From an uncultured Gemmatimonadales bacterium (GTDB taxonomy: Bacteria > Gemmatimonadota > Gemmatimonadetes > Gemmatimonadales > GWC2-71-9): 64,000 nucleotides of DNA. Of this stretch, positions 20,227-31,689 are shown in pieces. The translations under genes were made by a program, and so were the position numbers. The DNA is taken from positions 49,907 to 113,906 of the forward strand of contig CAVVKJ010000019.1 of the NCBI GenBank assembly GCA_963748815.1, given 5' to 3'. Position 1 is the first letter of the stretch. Every line of letters starts with the position of its first letter. The notes beneath the pieces are model-generated. The model saw only the letters and a program-made list of their open reading frames with translations, searched no databases and had not been told where the DNA came from.

Positions 20227-22813
20227 TTAAGGCTTGAGTTCCTGCATGAGCCCTGACTGCCAACCTTCATACCTTCCATCGCGCACCTTTCCGAAAAAGC
20301 TCGTGTAGTCTTCCGGGGACAGGAAATAGAAATGGTAGCGCCACTCTTCGTTCGTATCCTTCAGCCGTTGGTTCAGTGTCTCGAAGTGCTTCACGCCATC
20401 TCGGAGCTTTGCCTTGTTGCGGTTGGAATCATCTCCCTCCGCCTTGATCTCGACGACAAGAATATCATGCCCACCACTGACCCTTAAGAAGAAGTCCGGA
20501 TTGAAGTTCTCGTTTGAAACATGCGTCTTTGCGGCCTTGGCTGGTTTATAGGAATACGGGAATGAATAGCCACCAGTGTTAGGCATCTTTACAAAGGCAT
20601 CAAACAACTTGCCGTTCTCAAACAGGAGGTCAGAGAACTTGCGCTCTGGCTCATGACTGGCGTAGTGGACGTTCCAGGGCGACTTGAACGCGCTGACGTC
20701 CACTTGATGAATCCGACCTCCGACGGCCTTCGCCTGGTCAGAGGCATCATCTCCGTATTCCGCGCACATTCTTACAAACCTCTGATACTGTTCCCAGAGA
20801 TGGACTTCGTGGCCGGTGAACGGTTTGGTGTCTCCATCCACAGCGTAAAGCACACCATCTTCCTTGAGCATGCTTTCGGAGAATGACTGCCGCGCTAAGG
20901 CACTCAGGTCCACCGGGACGAGCTCCCGCCCCGTCTGGCTCATTCGTGGATGCTGCTTGCCCAATTCCCGAAACATCGGGCCGAAGCCCTGCTGAAGGCG
21001 CAGCAAGTTTTCCTTGCTTAAGAACGTTGCGTCTTGCCCCGCGGCTCTGAGCCTTGCCACAATGAACTCGTGCAGCCGCTTCTTCGGCCAGGCTGCGCCC
21101 AGCCTAGCGTCCTTTTCTCGCAGGAAGAGCCGCAACAGTCTCGCAGCATCTTCGATGCTCCAGTATATCGTCATGTTCAATCTCGACCGCCAGCCTCCCA
21201 GTCACGGAGAAGGTGGAGTACTCCGTCGTTGCGCGGTCCTGGGGCATGAATGTCACATCCGGCTCCTTCGCCCGTTCCCGCTTCGTCTCCACAGTCGTCT
21301 GCTCCGGCTCATAACGCAGATTGTGTAACGGAAAGAGATACTTGCTGCGACGTTGGTCGAAACCCCACGTAAGGGTATTCTCCACCTCGAGCACTTCCTT
21401 GAGCAGATTCCCAACTTCCTCAGACCATGCTTCGTGGTTGTTGATGGTGACCAAGGGCTGCGCGCTCAGGCCTGGCGGCACCCGCAAACCACGTCCAAGT
21501 ACCTGTGCGATCAACAATTTGGAGGAAAATGCCCGTGATTCGTGCGGCACGATTTGAAAGATATTCTTGACGTCCCAGCCTTCGGTAAGCATGGAGACTG
21601 AAACGATCCACTCCACAGGGCTTCCCGGCTCGTCGACCTGCTTGAGCATGGCCAGGTTCTCCATCCGTCGCTTTTCCGGAGAATCCTTGGCATCACGGGG
21701 GCAATGGGCTGCCTCCACCCTCGCCTTCCCGGCACCAGACGGCACACCAGACGTCACCCATATCGCCTTGTTGGTCGCTTCCTCACGCGTGATCTTCTCC
21801 TTCTTCATGAGGAAGTCCACCAGTTCCCTCCAGACCTCCACACACCTGGCAATCTCCTGGGTGACGACAATCGACATCGGCTTCACTAGCTTGCCGTAGT
21901 CCTTTTGATTCTGCTGATGAATAGCGTATGTCTTGCGCCAATCATGATTGGTGTAGGTGTCTTCCAGTTTGTAGTTTGGCTTCTTGACGACCTTGTCGGC
22001 GATGGCCTGCTTCAAGCCATAACGAAAAACGACATCGGGGAAGTAGTCGTCGACTATATATGGTGTGCCGGAAACGTTCACGATCTGTCGGAAGCTGAAC
22101 TCCTCGTGCTGCAAGAACTTCATCCATTCCTTCAAACCCTTGTCTGGCGGGCTGAACAGGTGATGCGCCTCGTCGTTCAATACCAGCGTACGCCCACCGC
22201 GCCCCCGGAGGCTATCTCGGATAGACGAGCCAGTATTCTCGTACACCGCGTGGATATTTTCCACGCAAATGTCGCCTGCATGAATGGTCTCGTTGCCGTG
22301 CTTGATGGCGGGAATGGCCACCGCGGCGCCAAGTTCTTGCATGATGCCGGAGAGCTCGCCAGTCCCTGCCAGCGAAGTGAACTTCTCCAACAGCCCCTCT
22401 TCAATGGTGAGCGACGGGCACAGGACCAAGACCCGGTCCACGAGCCCCTCGGCCAGGGCTATGGCCGCCAGAGCATACATCACAAAGCTCTTGCCAGATC
22501 CGGTTGCAAGGTCCAGCGACACCGACTTCCGGTCCCGGAGGGGCATCTTGCTGAGGTAAGCATCAATGCTCTCATGCCGTTGCTGAATCGGCTCGCGCTT
22601 GTTCCAATTCTCCCGTGCAAGCTGCTCGAGGTTCGAATACTTGTCTGAGACAAGGAATCGAAGGACCTCACGGACAGCGTCGCGCTGGAATGCATATTGA
22701 TCGGCGCAGAGCATGTTTAGGAAGGCGTCGTACTTGTGGATCACTGCCTCTGTGGAGTCGCGGCTATCGTCCACCAATAGGACCTGATCGGCAATGCGGA
22801 ATTGGAGGCTCAT
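20227..22813 (-). CDS. res: Type III restriction enzyme Res subunit, frameshift near 21160
   Basis: LATGSGKS, NDEAHH, MLTEGWD, QVLGRGLR; C-terminal FNPDFF...VVEIK. Confidence 0.85.
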
Positions 22814-22850
22814 GTTGCCCTACGCCCCTTTCGTGCCCCCGCCTTCTTCT

Positions 22851-25304
22851 TCACGGTCTTTGTAGGCTTGCGACGCGGCGCGCCCTCAAAGTCCCCTCTT
22901 TCAGCAGCAGCGCCTTCTCATTTCCATACCGGTCGCAGAGAATCATCATCATCTGCTTCCCGCTGAAGTCCGCCTCCGCGACTCGCAGTTGCAGCCGCTG
23001 CGCGCCTTCCAGCCCACCAGCTGCCTTGACTATGTCCTCTCCCCACAGCACGTGGCTCAACCGAAAGACGTTTCCGTCGTAGTGGGTATCGACCATGGCC
23101 ATGGAAAATGTCTCGAAGTTGCGGAAATCCTCGGGGTCGGTCGCCAGCGTCTGGGCCCGGAATTCCGTGATCTCCAGGACAAAGTCAGCAAACAACTCAC
23201 CAGGTAGTGCTTCTTTCTTTGCCTTCCAGGCCACTTGAGGTTGCGAGATGAAGTCGAAGCCTACAGCATCGATCACCTCATTCACAGCGGCTTCACTTGT
23301 CGGTTGCTTTAGTGCGGCTGGCATGCCCTTCTCGATCAGCCGGAGCAGTACCGAGACTGGAACCTTGAGGAAGACATACGTCGTGTCGCCCCTTGTCACC
23401 TCGTCTTCCGCAAAGTCCATCGATATCACGGGAGCAATGACATAGAATCGCTCAGCCGTCTTGCCGCGCAGGGTGCGGTGGAGGTCATCCACGTAGGCGT
23501 GGTCTAGCGTGAGCGCCGGAAAGTCCGGATAGTTCCACAGCAGCACCGAATGGGTGCCGATGTACCCATCGAGCGCCAACCCATAGCGCGTGTGGGGATG
23601 CTCCCTGACGCCAAAGAGCTTCAGCACGAATGGCCTGTAGTCCACCCACGGCAGCCCTTTGATGGTCTCCATGTCATAGACACCTGCCCGGTAGAGCGCG
23701 AACTCCTTCGCTGGCAACGGCTTGTCCTTGGCGGCCTTGTCCTTCGGCTCAATCACCGAGAGCCTGAATTCCACTCCACCAACCACGATGCGTTTGGCAC
23801 CTGGCCCGTTCTCAGGTTCCGTCAACCGGTTCGAGGGGATCCGCATTTTCTCAGCTGGGCAGACCAATGACAATGACGCTCCCTGCTTCACCAAGTTGTG
23901 TGTTCCGACGAGGGTAGCCAAGTCCTTGAGCAGCTCCATCGTGACCTCGCACTCGCCTTTTCGCGCCTTGTCAGTGATGAGAAGGACGCTTGGCGCGCCT
24001 TTCAGATGGCCCGCCCAATCCTCCACTCTCTCGGGCTCGTTGCGGTCGTCCTTCCTCGATGTCCCGATGCTCGAGGTGAGTGAGAACAGGCGCTTCTGTG
24101 TGGTATAGATGGCCAACTTACCGCAATCCATGGCGATCCAGCGCCGCCCCAGCTTCTCCGCGACAGCTGGCGTGGTTCCGCTGCCGGCAAAGCAGTCGAG
24201 GACGATATCCCCTTCGTTTGATGAGGCACAGATGATGCGTTCTGCGAGCTGTTCAGGCTTCTGGGTTGGATAAGCGATGCGCTCTGCGGCTTGGCTGTTG
24301 ACAGCCTTAATGTCGGTCCAGATCGACTGGATGGCAGCTCCTTTCTGCTCACTGAGGTAGGCTTTCAAGCGCGGCCACCCTCCCTTCTTTGCTGGCCAAT
24401 AGATGCGCCCTTCCTTGTCAAGCCGATCCAACTCCTTATTTGCAAACTTCCAGTGATTGCCTTTCGCTCCCGGGATGAACCCACGCCAAGGGCTTCCCGA
24501 TGAGCCATTTCGGAGCCCAGCCTGAGTCGCGTCAATCGTTGCGAAGCGGCGTCCGTCAGCTTCACTGTAAGTCTAGTAACGATCGATGTAGCTTGGGTCG
24601 TGGGCCAAGAACTGTTCGTTAAAGCGGAAGTTCGTGGCTTTGGAGTAGAACAGCAGAACATCGTGAATGTGATTGAATGTATGCGAGTCACTGCGGGCAG
24701 ATGTCCGCTTCCAAATGATCTCGTTCTGGAAATTGTCTTCCCCGAACGTCTCGTCCAATACAGCCTTCAAGTAGTGACTCTTCTTCGTATCCAGGTGCAC
24801 ATAGATGCTACCGTCGTCGGCAAGCAGTTCGCGGAGCAGAATGAGACGGCGCCTGAGGAATTCGATGAACTGTGCGCCGAGGACCTTGTCCCGGTAGGCC
24901 TTCTCCTTGTCCTTCATGAAGTCCTGCCGCGTGGCAAACGGCGGGTCGATATAGATGAGCTTGATCTTGCCGCGTGTGCCGAGGCGGTTCGGCCCCTGTT
25001 GGTCGGCGAGCAGCTCCCGCAAAGCAAGGAGATTGTCCCCCCATACCAGCAGATTGCGCCAGCCGTCGCCATGCGGCCTCTCAGCACAAAAGGACCGCTC
25101 CAACTGCCACGGCGCTGCCGGCGTCTGGGCCAGCACCTCCTCGCGGGACAGCTTCCCCTCATAGACCAGCCGGTACTCCTTGCCGATTTGAGAGGCGCGC
25201 CCGACGTCAGGAAAGAGGCGCTGTCGCCACTGTTCGGATAAGGGAGTCCCCGACTTGAGTAGGTTGTTGAGGTGCTGGCGCTCGGCGTCGTTCAAAGGCT
25301 TCAT
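22851..25304 (-). CDS. mod: Type III Mod adenine methyltransferase with an in-frame TAG at 24573-24575
   Basis: IYIDPPF, YPTQKPE, DCFAGSGTT; ORFs 24573..25304 and 22851..24431 are in the same frame. Confidence 0.85.
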
Positions 25305-25354
25305 GGATAGTGGGTCCAGTGGTTGTTCTAGGAGTGGGGCGACCGTGGAACCGA

Positions 25355-27151
25355 CTACAACTTTCTGAAGTACTTCTTGATGCGCGCTGCCATTAACCTC
25401 CGACGTTCGACCAGGAAGCTATCATAATCCTCGGCCAAGCCATCGAATATCCCCTCCGGAATGCAGTGCTGCTCCAGGTTCTTGCGAAGGTCTTCCCTGT
25501 CGTCTAACCCTCCCAACTTGCGCTTGCCTCCAACGCATTGCTTCTCAACAGCACGGAAGTAGTCTGATGGGGGACGCGCACCAATCGCAATGTTGATTTC
25601 ACTCTGCGTCACTGCAAAGTTCGCGATTTGGTTATACTTGCCGCGCTGCAATCCCTGGGCTTTTAAGTGCTTGCGTGGAAATATATGGTGCACATCGGAA
25701 TGGTTCTCGATGAGATCCTGCACGGTGATATCACGGGACAGGAACCCCAGGTCCCCCAGTTTCACTTGCGCTGCCTGGAACACCAGGAAGAAGGGGCTCC
25801 TTGTTGAGGAGGTCTCCATCTGCTGAGGGAGGAGGACATTCCAGAAGTCATCCGTGAGCGAGGAAGTCACGGTGGTGTCAACGTGCTGCTTGAGACCACG
25901 CTCGTCGATCTGCCGAATATCGGAGTCAAAGGCGGATTCCGGCGTCCCGCTGTAGCGGCCGGTCAGCATCGACATCACAAACCATTGTTTCACAAGGCGC
26001 TCGATCTCGGCGGACTCCACCTTGTCTGCCCGACCACGCAGATAAATGATGTACGCAAAGTTGATGGCGTTTTGGCTGCCGATGAGGTCCGGGCTCACGA
26101 AACCGGCAGATCGCAGGATCATGATGAGACGCTCAAAGTGCGTCTTGTTGATGAAATTGTGCACGCCGGTGCGCAGTTTAGTGAACGATTCCTCCGCGAT
26201 GGCCTCCTCGTACTGCTTCGTTTCGAAATTGCGTCCGGAGAGCAGGGCCACGAGGTCTTGAAGCTTCCCCCGCTTGAACTCGCTCGTGAAGGCCACCCTG
26301 AGCATGTCCGTGTATGACGGGTCGTAAATGTCGTCGTTGGTGTCCTTCAGCCACCCAATTTTGGGGAAGAACTCTGATTTGGCAAACACAGGGTCACCGT
26401 TCTTGATCTTGCTATAGAACTCGGGCGCCACTGCCAGGTGACAGAAGTAGTCAATCGCCTTGCGCAGCAGATTCCCGCCATAGGTGTCGTTGGCAGCAAT
26501 TTTGGACATCGCGAAGTCGGCCTGACTCAGTTCCTTGCCGGCCGAGTTTACTCGAATGAAAATCTCTGTGACCGTTTCGATGTCGAGGTCGTCAGATAGA
26601 TCGATGATGCCGACATGGTTATTGATGATCTTGCGAAGTGTCTCGAGCGTGGTGAAGACCGTGTCTTCGCTCATCCCGGGATTGTCCGCGGCATACGCCT
26701 TGGTGATCTGGAGAAGTTTCGCATCCGGCGCGAAGACTGCTGAGACGTCCGGAATCCAGGCCGAGTCCCGCTGAATGGCGGGATTGGACACCTCGAACAG
26801 CTCATTGCCCGGATGGAAAGCGATCCGGATCCGCGCCGTCTCGTAATCCTTGTTGACCACTTCATAACCGAGGAGTGCCGCCATCAGGGCGGTCACCCTC
26901 TGCTGGCCATCGATGAGGATGCGCTTGCCTGCTGACGGACTCCCGTCCTTGAGACGTACGGTGGGATTACGCCATGCGATGAGATATCCTACGGGGTATC
27001 CGCGGTAGAGCGAGTCCAACAGACCCCGAACCTGAGTCGCATCCCAGACAAATGGGCGTTGAATTTCTGGGATCGCGATCTCGCCAGACTTGACCCAAGT
27101 GAGCAGCGTGTCAATTGGGTGCGGAGTGACTGTATATCGCTGGGTTGCCAT
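25355..27151 (-). CDS. GmrSD-family (DUF262 + HNH-like C-terminus) modification-dependent restriction protein
   Basis: [24 protein letters not shown]-terminal DVHHIFP...NQIAN. Confidence 0.85.
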   Translation of the reverse strand: MATQRYTVTPHPIDTLLTWVKSGEIAIPEIQRPFVWDATQVRGLLDSLYRGYPVGYLIAWRNPTVRLKDGSPSAGKRILIDGQQRVTALMAALLGYEVVNKDYETARIRIAFHPGNELFEVSNPAIQRDSAWIPDVSAVFAPDAKLLQITKAYAADNPGMSEDTVFTTLETLRKIINNHVGIIDLSDDLDIETVTEIFIRVNSAGKELSQADFAMSKIAANDTYGGNLLRKAIDYFCHLAVAPEFYSKIKNGDPVFAKSEFFPKIGWLKDTNDDIYDPSYTDMLRVAFTSEFKRGKLQDLVALLSGRNFETKQYEEAIAEESFTKLRTGVHNFINKTHFERLIMILRSAGFVSPDLIGSQNAINFAYIIYLRGRADKVESAEIERLVKQWFVMSMLTGRYSGTPESAFDSDIRQIDERGLKQHVDTTVTSSLTDDFWNVLLPQQMETSSTRSPFFLVFQAAQVKLGDLGFLSRDITVQDLIENHSDVHHIFPRKHLKAQGLQRGKYNQIANFAVTQSEINIAIGARPPSDYFRAVEKQCVGGKRKLGGLDDREDLRKNLEQHCIPEGIFDGLAEDYDSFLVERRRLMAARIKKYFRKL

Positions 27152-27271
27152 CGGTTTCACGTCCCTTTGTCGCGGTATTCAATGAAGGATTGTGACGCGC
27201 TGTCCTACCGTCATGTGCACATCCGCTCAGGCATGGGTGCCCGCATCAGGCGGTCGCCGCGCAAGCCAATG

Positions 27272-29263
27272 CTACTCGAACGGGTATTGCTCTGGTACGT
27301 AATCGTACCCGCTGCACTCCCACACCCACTGTCGGCATTGCCGAGTTAGGGTGAGCCTGTCAGTGGGGTCTGGAATGAAGGCAATCTCTAAGTGGCTCTG
27401 TGTCTGCCGCACCACGGCCAAATGGTACTTCGCCCCCATCTGGCGTGCGACGGCTTCCTCATTCGTCGTCAGGGTAAACGACTGGCCAACATAGTCGATG
27501 AGCTTTACCTCGATGGCCATGCTTTCCCCCTGGTCTGTCCTCCCTTCTATGTCGTAACCGATATTCTCTCTGCTCACATCCTTCACTTGCCAGCCCCGAG
27601 AAGCAAGAATGTCGAGCACTTGCTGCTCGGCGCTCCGCCATTTCTTGAGGCTCACTGGACCTGCAGTAGACCTAGTGGTTTGTTGGCCAACGGCACCGAC
27701 CTTCCTCGGCGGACCCCACTCGCCGAGCAAACGGATTGCAGATGCCTCGTTGCTCATGGCGGTGAGAAGGCGAACGACCTCTCCGCTACTGCGCACCTTC
27801 TCCCTGACTTGGTCGACAAAGGTGGATGCGAGTGGCGTGCCGTGCCGCAGTGCAGTCTCCAAGGACTCAGGTCGAATGCCCGTCGGCCACAACTTCCAAG
27901 CACTCTTAAGATTCCCAGGCGCGATCTGTCTGGTAGATAGAAGGGTCGTCAAGTGCGCGACCACTTCCGCGGCGCCAGACTCAGAGGGAGCTAGGGTGAC
28001 CAAAGCAGGTGCGATGTTCTGAAAGTTTGCCTCCCTCGCACCAAGAAACCTCAGGAAGACCCTCAATCCTTCCGTGGCTTCGAGGTTGCGCGGGACTACT
28101 CTTAGACCCGCTTTGGTGGCCACAGCATAGAAATCGACCGCATTGAGCCAAGTCGGCCGCAAGTAGAGGTCATCCCAATGGTTTGCGGCATATCGTTGAA
28201 TTGCAGAGTACAACTCCGTGCGAAAGGACCGACGCTGGAGGCCAGCCATTCGGGGGTCGGCAATCGGGACCAGAGCGGCAAGCAGGCGGATGTCGCCAGA
28301 ACTGAATACGCACTCGCGAACCAGGTCCACGATGAATGCCGCTGCCACGTTGATAGCTCCGGACGTCCGATCGTCCAACACCACCCGAGTGCGCGAAGGG
28401 TCGGTGCTGATGTCACCATTCAGCTTGAAGGAAAACCCTGAAGCTTCCAACGTTGGGAGGAAGGCATGAACGACAGCCCTCCGTTCATCCAGTCGAACGA
28501 TGCCCGTCGGATCGTGGACAAATCCCAAAGCAATGTCATCTCTCTCCATGATCGTCCATTGGAAAGATCCTTCCACGCTCGCCAAGCGCAGCGATCGAAC
28601 CCCAGGTGCTTGATTCTCCCGACGAATGGTGACGAGGGTGTCGATATCCCCACGCAGTTCCATCTGTCGCACGTTGCGCAGGAATAGAAGCCCAGAAGGG
28701 TCGAAGGCCGCGAATTCTGCCTCGATTCCAGTGGCGATCAACCCGGCAAATACGAAAACGGTATTGAAGCCGTCGGCATTAAGTTTGTCGATTTCCTTGC
28801 CGAAGGGTACGCGGTCTGATGGCAGAAGCGGATGGGGAATGCGAATCAGCGGAACCCGGCTCGCTTCTGGGATGTCAAGTGCGGTACGTTCTCGTGAAAA
28901 CGTGGCTGCAAGCTCTCCACTCAAGACGTGCACGGTGTGAGCGAATCCTACGACTGACTTGAAGCCGATACCGCGGAATCCAATGCAAACACCTCTTTCC
29001 TTCAAAGAGGACGCGCTGCGGCACAGGCTTTGGAAGTCATTCAGAGTGAATGAGTTGCCGTCGTTTGCTACCAGCAGGAAACCATCCGTCCGTCGAACAC
29101 TGAACCTTGCCGCCCCAGCATCGTCTGCATTCTGAAGGAGCTCGACAAACGAACGCGCGTCGTAGCTCTCAGCAATGTACTGCTCCAGTCCGGCAAGATC
29201 CGAAAGCAGGCCGGGAGACTGGCGGGCCTCACTCAGTAGGCTGTCCCTGACAGTTGTGAGCAT
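27272..29263 (-). CDS. Sacsin-like GHKL ATPase fused to a DUF3883 (NOV-C) nuclease domain
   Basis: ELLQNADDA, NDG, IGFRGIGFKSV; C-terminal GYDIE...IEVK. Confidence 0.85.
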   Translation of the reverse strand: MLTTVRDSLLSEARQSPGLLSDLAGLEQYIAESYDARSFVELLQNADDAGAARFSVRRTDGFLLVANDGNSFTLNDFQSLCRSASSLKERGVCIGFRGIGFKSVVGFAHTVHVLSGELAATFSRERTALDIPEASRVPLIRIPHPLLPSDRVPFGKEIDKLNADGFNTVFVFAGLIATGIEAEFAAFDPSGLLFLRNVRQMELRGDIDTLVTIRRENQAPGVRSLRLASVEGSFQWTIMERDDIALGFVHDPTGIVRLDERRAVVHAFLPTLEASGFSFKLNGDISTDPSRTRVVLDDRTSGAINVAAAFIVDLVRECVFSSGDIRLLAALVPIADPRMAGLQRRSFRTELYSAIQRYAANHWDDLYLRPTWLNAVDFYAVATKAGLRVVPRNLEATEGLRVFLRFLGAREANFQNIAPALVTLAPSESGAAEVVAHLTTLLSTRQIAPGNLKSAWKLWPTGIRPESLETALRHGTPLASTFVDQVREKVRSSGEVVRLLTAMSNEASAIRLLGEWGPPRKVGAVGQQTTRSTAGPVSLKKWRSAEQQVLDILASRGWQVKDVSRENIGYDIEGRTDQGESMAIEVKLIDYVGQSFTLTTNEEAVARQMGAKYHLAVVRQTQSHLEIAFIPDPTDRLTLTRQCRQWVWECSGYDYVPEQYPFE

Positions 29264-29268
29264 GGATG

Positions 29269-30036
29269 TCAGTTCGGTTCGGGATAGATGCGAATGCGAT
29301 GTACGGCTGAGATTTCAAGGTGGTTTATCCATATTTCGAACGTAGAGAAGAGGTTAAAACTCTCCCTATAGAACGAGTCGCTATTGATCGCCAACACACG
29401 GCCATGCGGGCCGTAGACCACCGCCTTCAAAACAGTGTCCTGCGTAAGCGTGGCGCCGTCTCTAGAATAGATTTCGCCAAGAATTGTGAGTTGGTTTGAC
29501 TCTACGGATACCCGCACCGAGAGACCCTCTAGTCGAATACCGAGTTGCTCCTCAAGTACTTCTAGTCGTTCGATATGTTCGAGCAATCGGTCTGCTAATT
29601 GGCTTTCGGATAGTGGGAGGTCCTCGACTTGCGTCATTGCAAGCTTCCAACCCTCATCGGCAGGAAGATCGGGGTCGATACAGTCGAACCGCATTGCGAT
29701 CTTCTTGCCAGAATGCGGCACGCTAGCATGGCAGTACAGCGCGTCGCCGATGCAGATCTCCTGAAGGTGGCGCCGATAGAAGACCAGCCCACACTTCCTA
29801 CTGGCATTGGGAAGGATCGTTTCCGATTCGACCAGGTAGCCCGTCAACCAAATGCTCTGAGTGAGTTGCTCGCCAGCGGCGGTGACGTACGTAGCCTTGG
29901 AAACCTCTATTCCCCTAGGCACGGAAGCGAAATTTCTAATCGCGAGGTAGAAGAGGTAGGCCTCTTCGTCGTTGTTCATCTCCGTTTCCTCAATCGAGGA
30001 GATCTGGAATTGGAAACCGACGAGATCAGATGTCAT
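29269..30036 (-). CDS. Hypothetical protein
   Basis: 255-aa open frame, 5 bp upstream of the GHKL-DUF3883 gene. Confidence 0.6.
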   Translation of the reverse strand: MTSDLVGFQFQISSIEETEMNNDEEAYLFYLAIRNFASVPRGIEVSKATYVTAAGEQLTQSIWLTGYLVESETILPNASRKCGLVFYRRHLQEICIGDALYCHASVPHSGKKIAMRFDCIDPDLPADEGWKLAMTQVEDLPLSESQLADRLLEHIERLEVLEEQLGIRLEGLSVRVSVESNQLTILGEIYSRDGATLTQDTVLKAVVYGPHGRVLAINSDSFYRESFNLFSTFEIWINHLEISAVHRIRIYPEPN

Positions 30037-30319
30037 ACCTCACACCCTGGTGCGAGCATAGTATCGGTATCACGTACCATGAAGTTGCCTCGACTGCCGA
30101 CTAGACATCCAATGGAAGGACAAGATGTGGAGATGTTGACGTCAGGACTCACCTAACCATGAATGCGATCGGACCGACACGGTGGACCAAGGGTTTGTGC
30201 TTCAGCTTGGACCGAACTTCCAAATGTACCCACTGGATATACCCGCGATAGGGCAGTGTCCTGCCGTGGCGAGCGAGCTTTGCGGGGCCAGACTGCTCCC
30301 GCCTCGGCGCTTGGCCTGC

Positions 30320-30583
30320 CTACCTCGGCACCACCCTTCGCTCCCCGAACACCTCGGCGTCCGCACCGACGCACTTGTAGTCGAGCACCTCTGGAAGATC
30401 GCCGGCGTGCAGGTAGCTGGCGCCCCCGACCTGGCCGGTGGAGGAGTAGATCTCGAAGTTGACCTCGCCGTCGAGCACGAGATGGATCTGCGCCAGGTTG
30501 CTCTTCTCGCCACGGGCCACGTTGACCACCACCGCCTCGATCCGCTTCCCGATCAGATGCTGCCAGCCACCCTTGATGGACAT
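30320..30583 (-). CDS. Small hypothetical protein
   Basis: RBS ggagg, follows the promoter motif at 30645. Confidence 0.55.
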   Translation of the reverse strand: MSIKGGWQHLIGKRIEAVVVNVARGEKSNLAQIHLVLDGEVNFEIYSSTGQVGGASYLHAGDLPEVLDYKCVGADAEVFGERRVVPR

Positions 30584-30623
30584 CCATGCCTCCAAGTCGT
30601 TTGACCTCCCTCAGGTGGCCCTG

Positions 30624-30645
30624 ACGATACGGTGGGGGTGTGACA
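30624..30645 (-). promoter_or_regulatory. PafBC-type promoter motif heading the defence gene run
   Basis: TGTCAC-ACCCCCACCG-TATCGT. Confidence 0.7.
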
Positions 30646-30655
30646 TTCCCTGACG

Positions 30656-30740
30656 TCCCCCCTCTCCAGGAGGGAGAGGGGTTGGGGGTGAGGGGGTACC
30701 CCCCCTCTCCGCTAGCCGGAGAGGGGGCCGGGGGGTGAGG
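30656..30740. repeat. Two family-C hairpins after pafC (possible terminator role)
   Basis: ccctctccagggggagagggg-like and cccctctccgctagccggagagggg. Confidence 0.7.
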
Positions 30741-30744
30741 ACGA

Positions 30745-31689
30745 TCATTCCAGGATCTCCTTCAGCCCCTGCGCAATCGCCTCCCGAATTTCCTTCGGCT
30801 CCACCACCTCCGCATCCGGGCCGTACTGCAGCACATGCCGGAGCGCCCAGTGCGGGTCGGCCAGCGGGTGCTCGAGCGTGACCGTCCCGTCGGCCTCCAC
30901 CGGCACCCACTCCCGCTCCGCCACCCACCGCGCCACCCGCGCCGAGTACCGCACGGTGAGCGTCCCCACCCCCTCCGCCACGAACATCTTCCGCTCCCGC
31001 AGCACGGCATCCACCGAAAACTCCGCCGGCACCTCGAATTCCTCGTCGGTCACCTCCACCGCGTCCATCCGGTCCAATCGGAAGAACCGCAGCCCCGTGG
31101 CCCCGTCCGCCAGCGCCACCAGGTACCAGCTCAGCTCGGCGTACACCACCGCCAGCGGCGCCGCCACCCGCGTGGCCGCCGCGTCCGCCCCGCTCTTGTG
31201 ATAGGAGAACCGCACCCGCGTCCGTTCGCGCACCGCACCACGCAGCAGCGAGAGCATCTCGAGGTCCACCGCCCCGCCCAGCGACGCCGAAAAATCCTTC
31301 TCCTGGATGTCCTGCCCCGGCAGCTTGGCGATCACCTGCCGTAGCCGCTCCCGCGCGCCGTCGATGGCCCGCGTCTCGTCCGGCGGCCGCTCGGCGCGCA
31401 GCATCGCGAGCCCCAGCTCCAGCGCGCAGAGCTCCGGCAAGGTGAGCCGCATCGGGCGGAGGAAGTGATCGGACCGTACCGCCACCTGGTCCGTCTCCAG
31501 GAAGATCTGCACCCCCTCCACGAACCCGCCCGGATCGTCGAACCGCTCGGCGAGGGACTTGAGGTCCTGCAGGAGTGTCGGGCGGTCTACCCCCGCCTGC
31601 TCCGCCACCTCGTTGATGGGATGCGAACGGTCGTCGGCCAGCGTCGGGATCAGGTGCAGGATCCGCCGGAGCTGCAGCGCCGCGCTCAT
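30745..31689 (-). CDS. pafC: PafC-like HTH-WYL-WCX transcription regulator
   Basis: QLRRILHLIP...QDL, RPMRLTLPELCAL, SWYL, FRLDRM, LQYGPDAEVVEP. Confidence 0.8.
   Translation of the reverse strand: MSAALQLRRILHLIPTLADDRSHPINEVAEQAGVDRPTLLQDLKSLAERFDDPGGFVEGVQIFLETDQVAVRSDHFLRPMRLTLPELCALELGLAMLRAERPPDETRAIDGARERLRQVIAKLPGQDIQEKDFSASLGGAVDLEMLSLLRGAVRERTRVRFSYHKSGADAAATRVAAPLAVVYAELSWYLVALADGATGLRFFRLDRMDAVEVTDEEFEVPAEFSVDAVLRERKMFVAEGVGTLTVRYSARVARWVAEREWVPVEADGTVTLEHPLADPHWALRHVLQYGPDAEVVEPKEIREAIAQGLKEILE

Noticed and set aside
23969..23990. TGTCAG-N10-GACGCT motif match
   Set aside because: Antisense and deep inside mod with no downstream gene start; treated as a chance hit
24573..24575. 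Pyrrolysine or amber recoding
   Set aside because: TAG is used as a normal stop throughout the window and the context suggests Tyr
15461..30600. Prophage or ICE
   Set aside because: No integrase, tRNA, structural or conjugation genes, and no att repeats were seen
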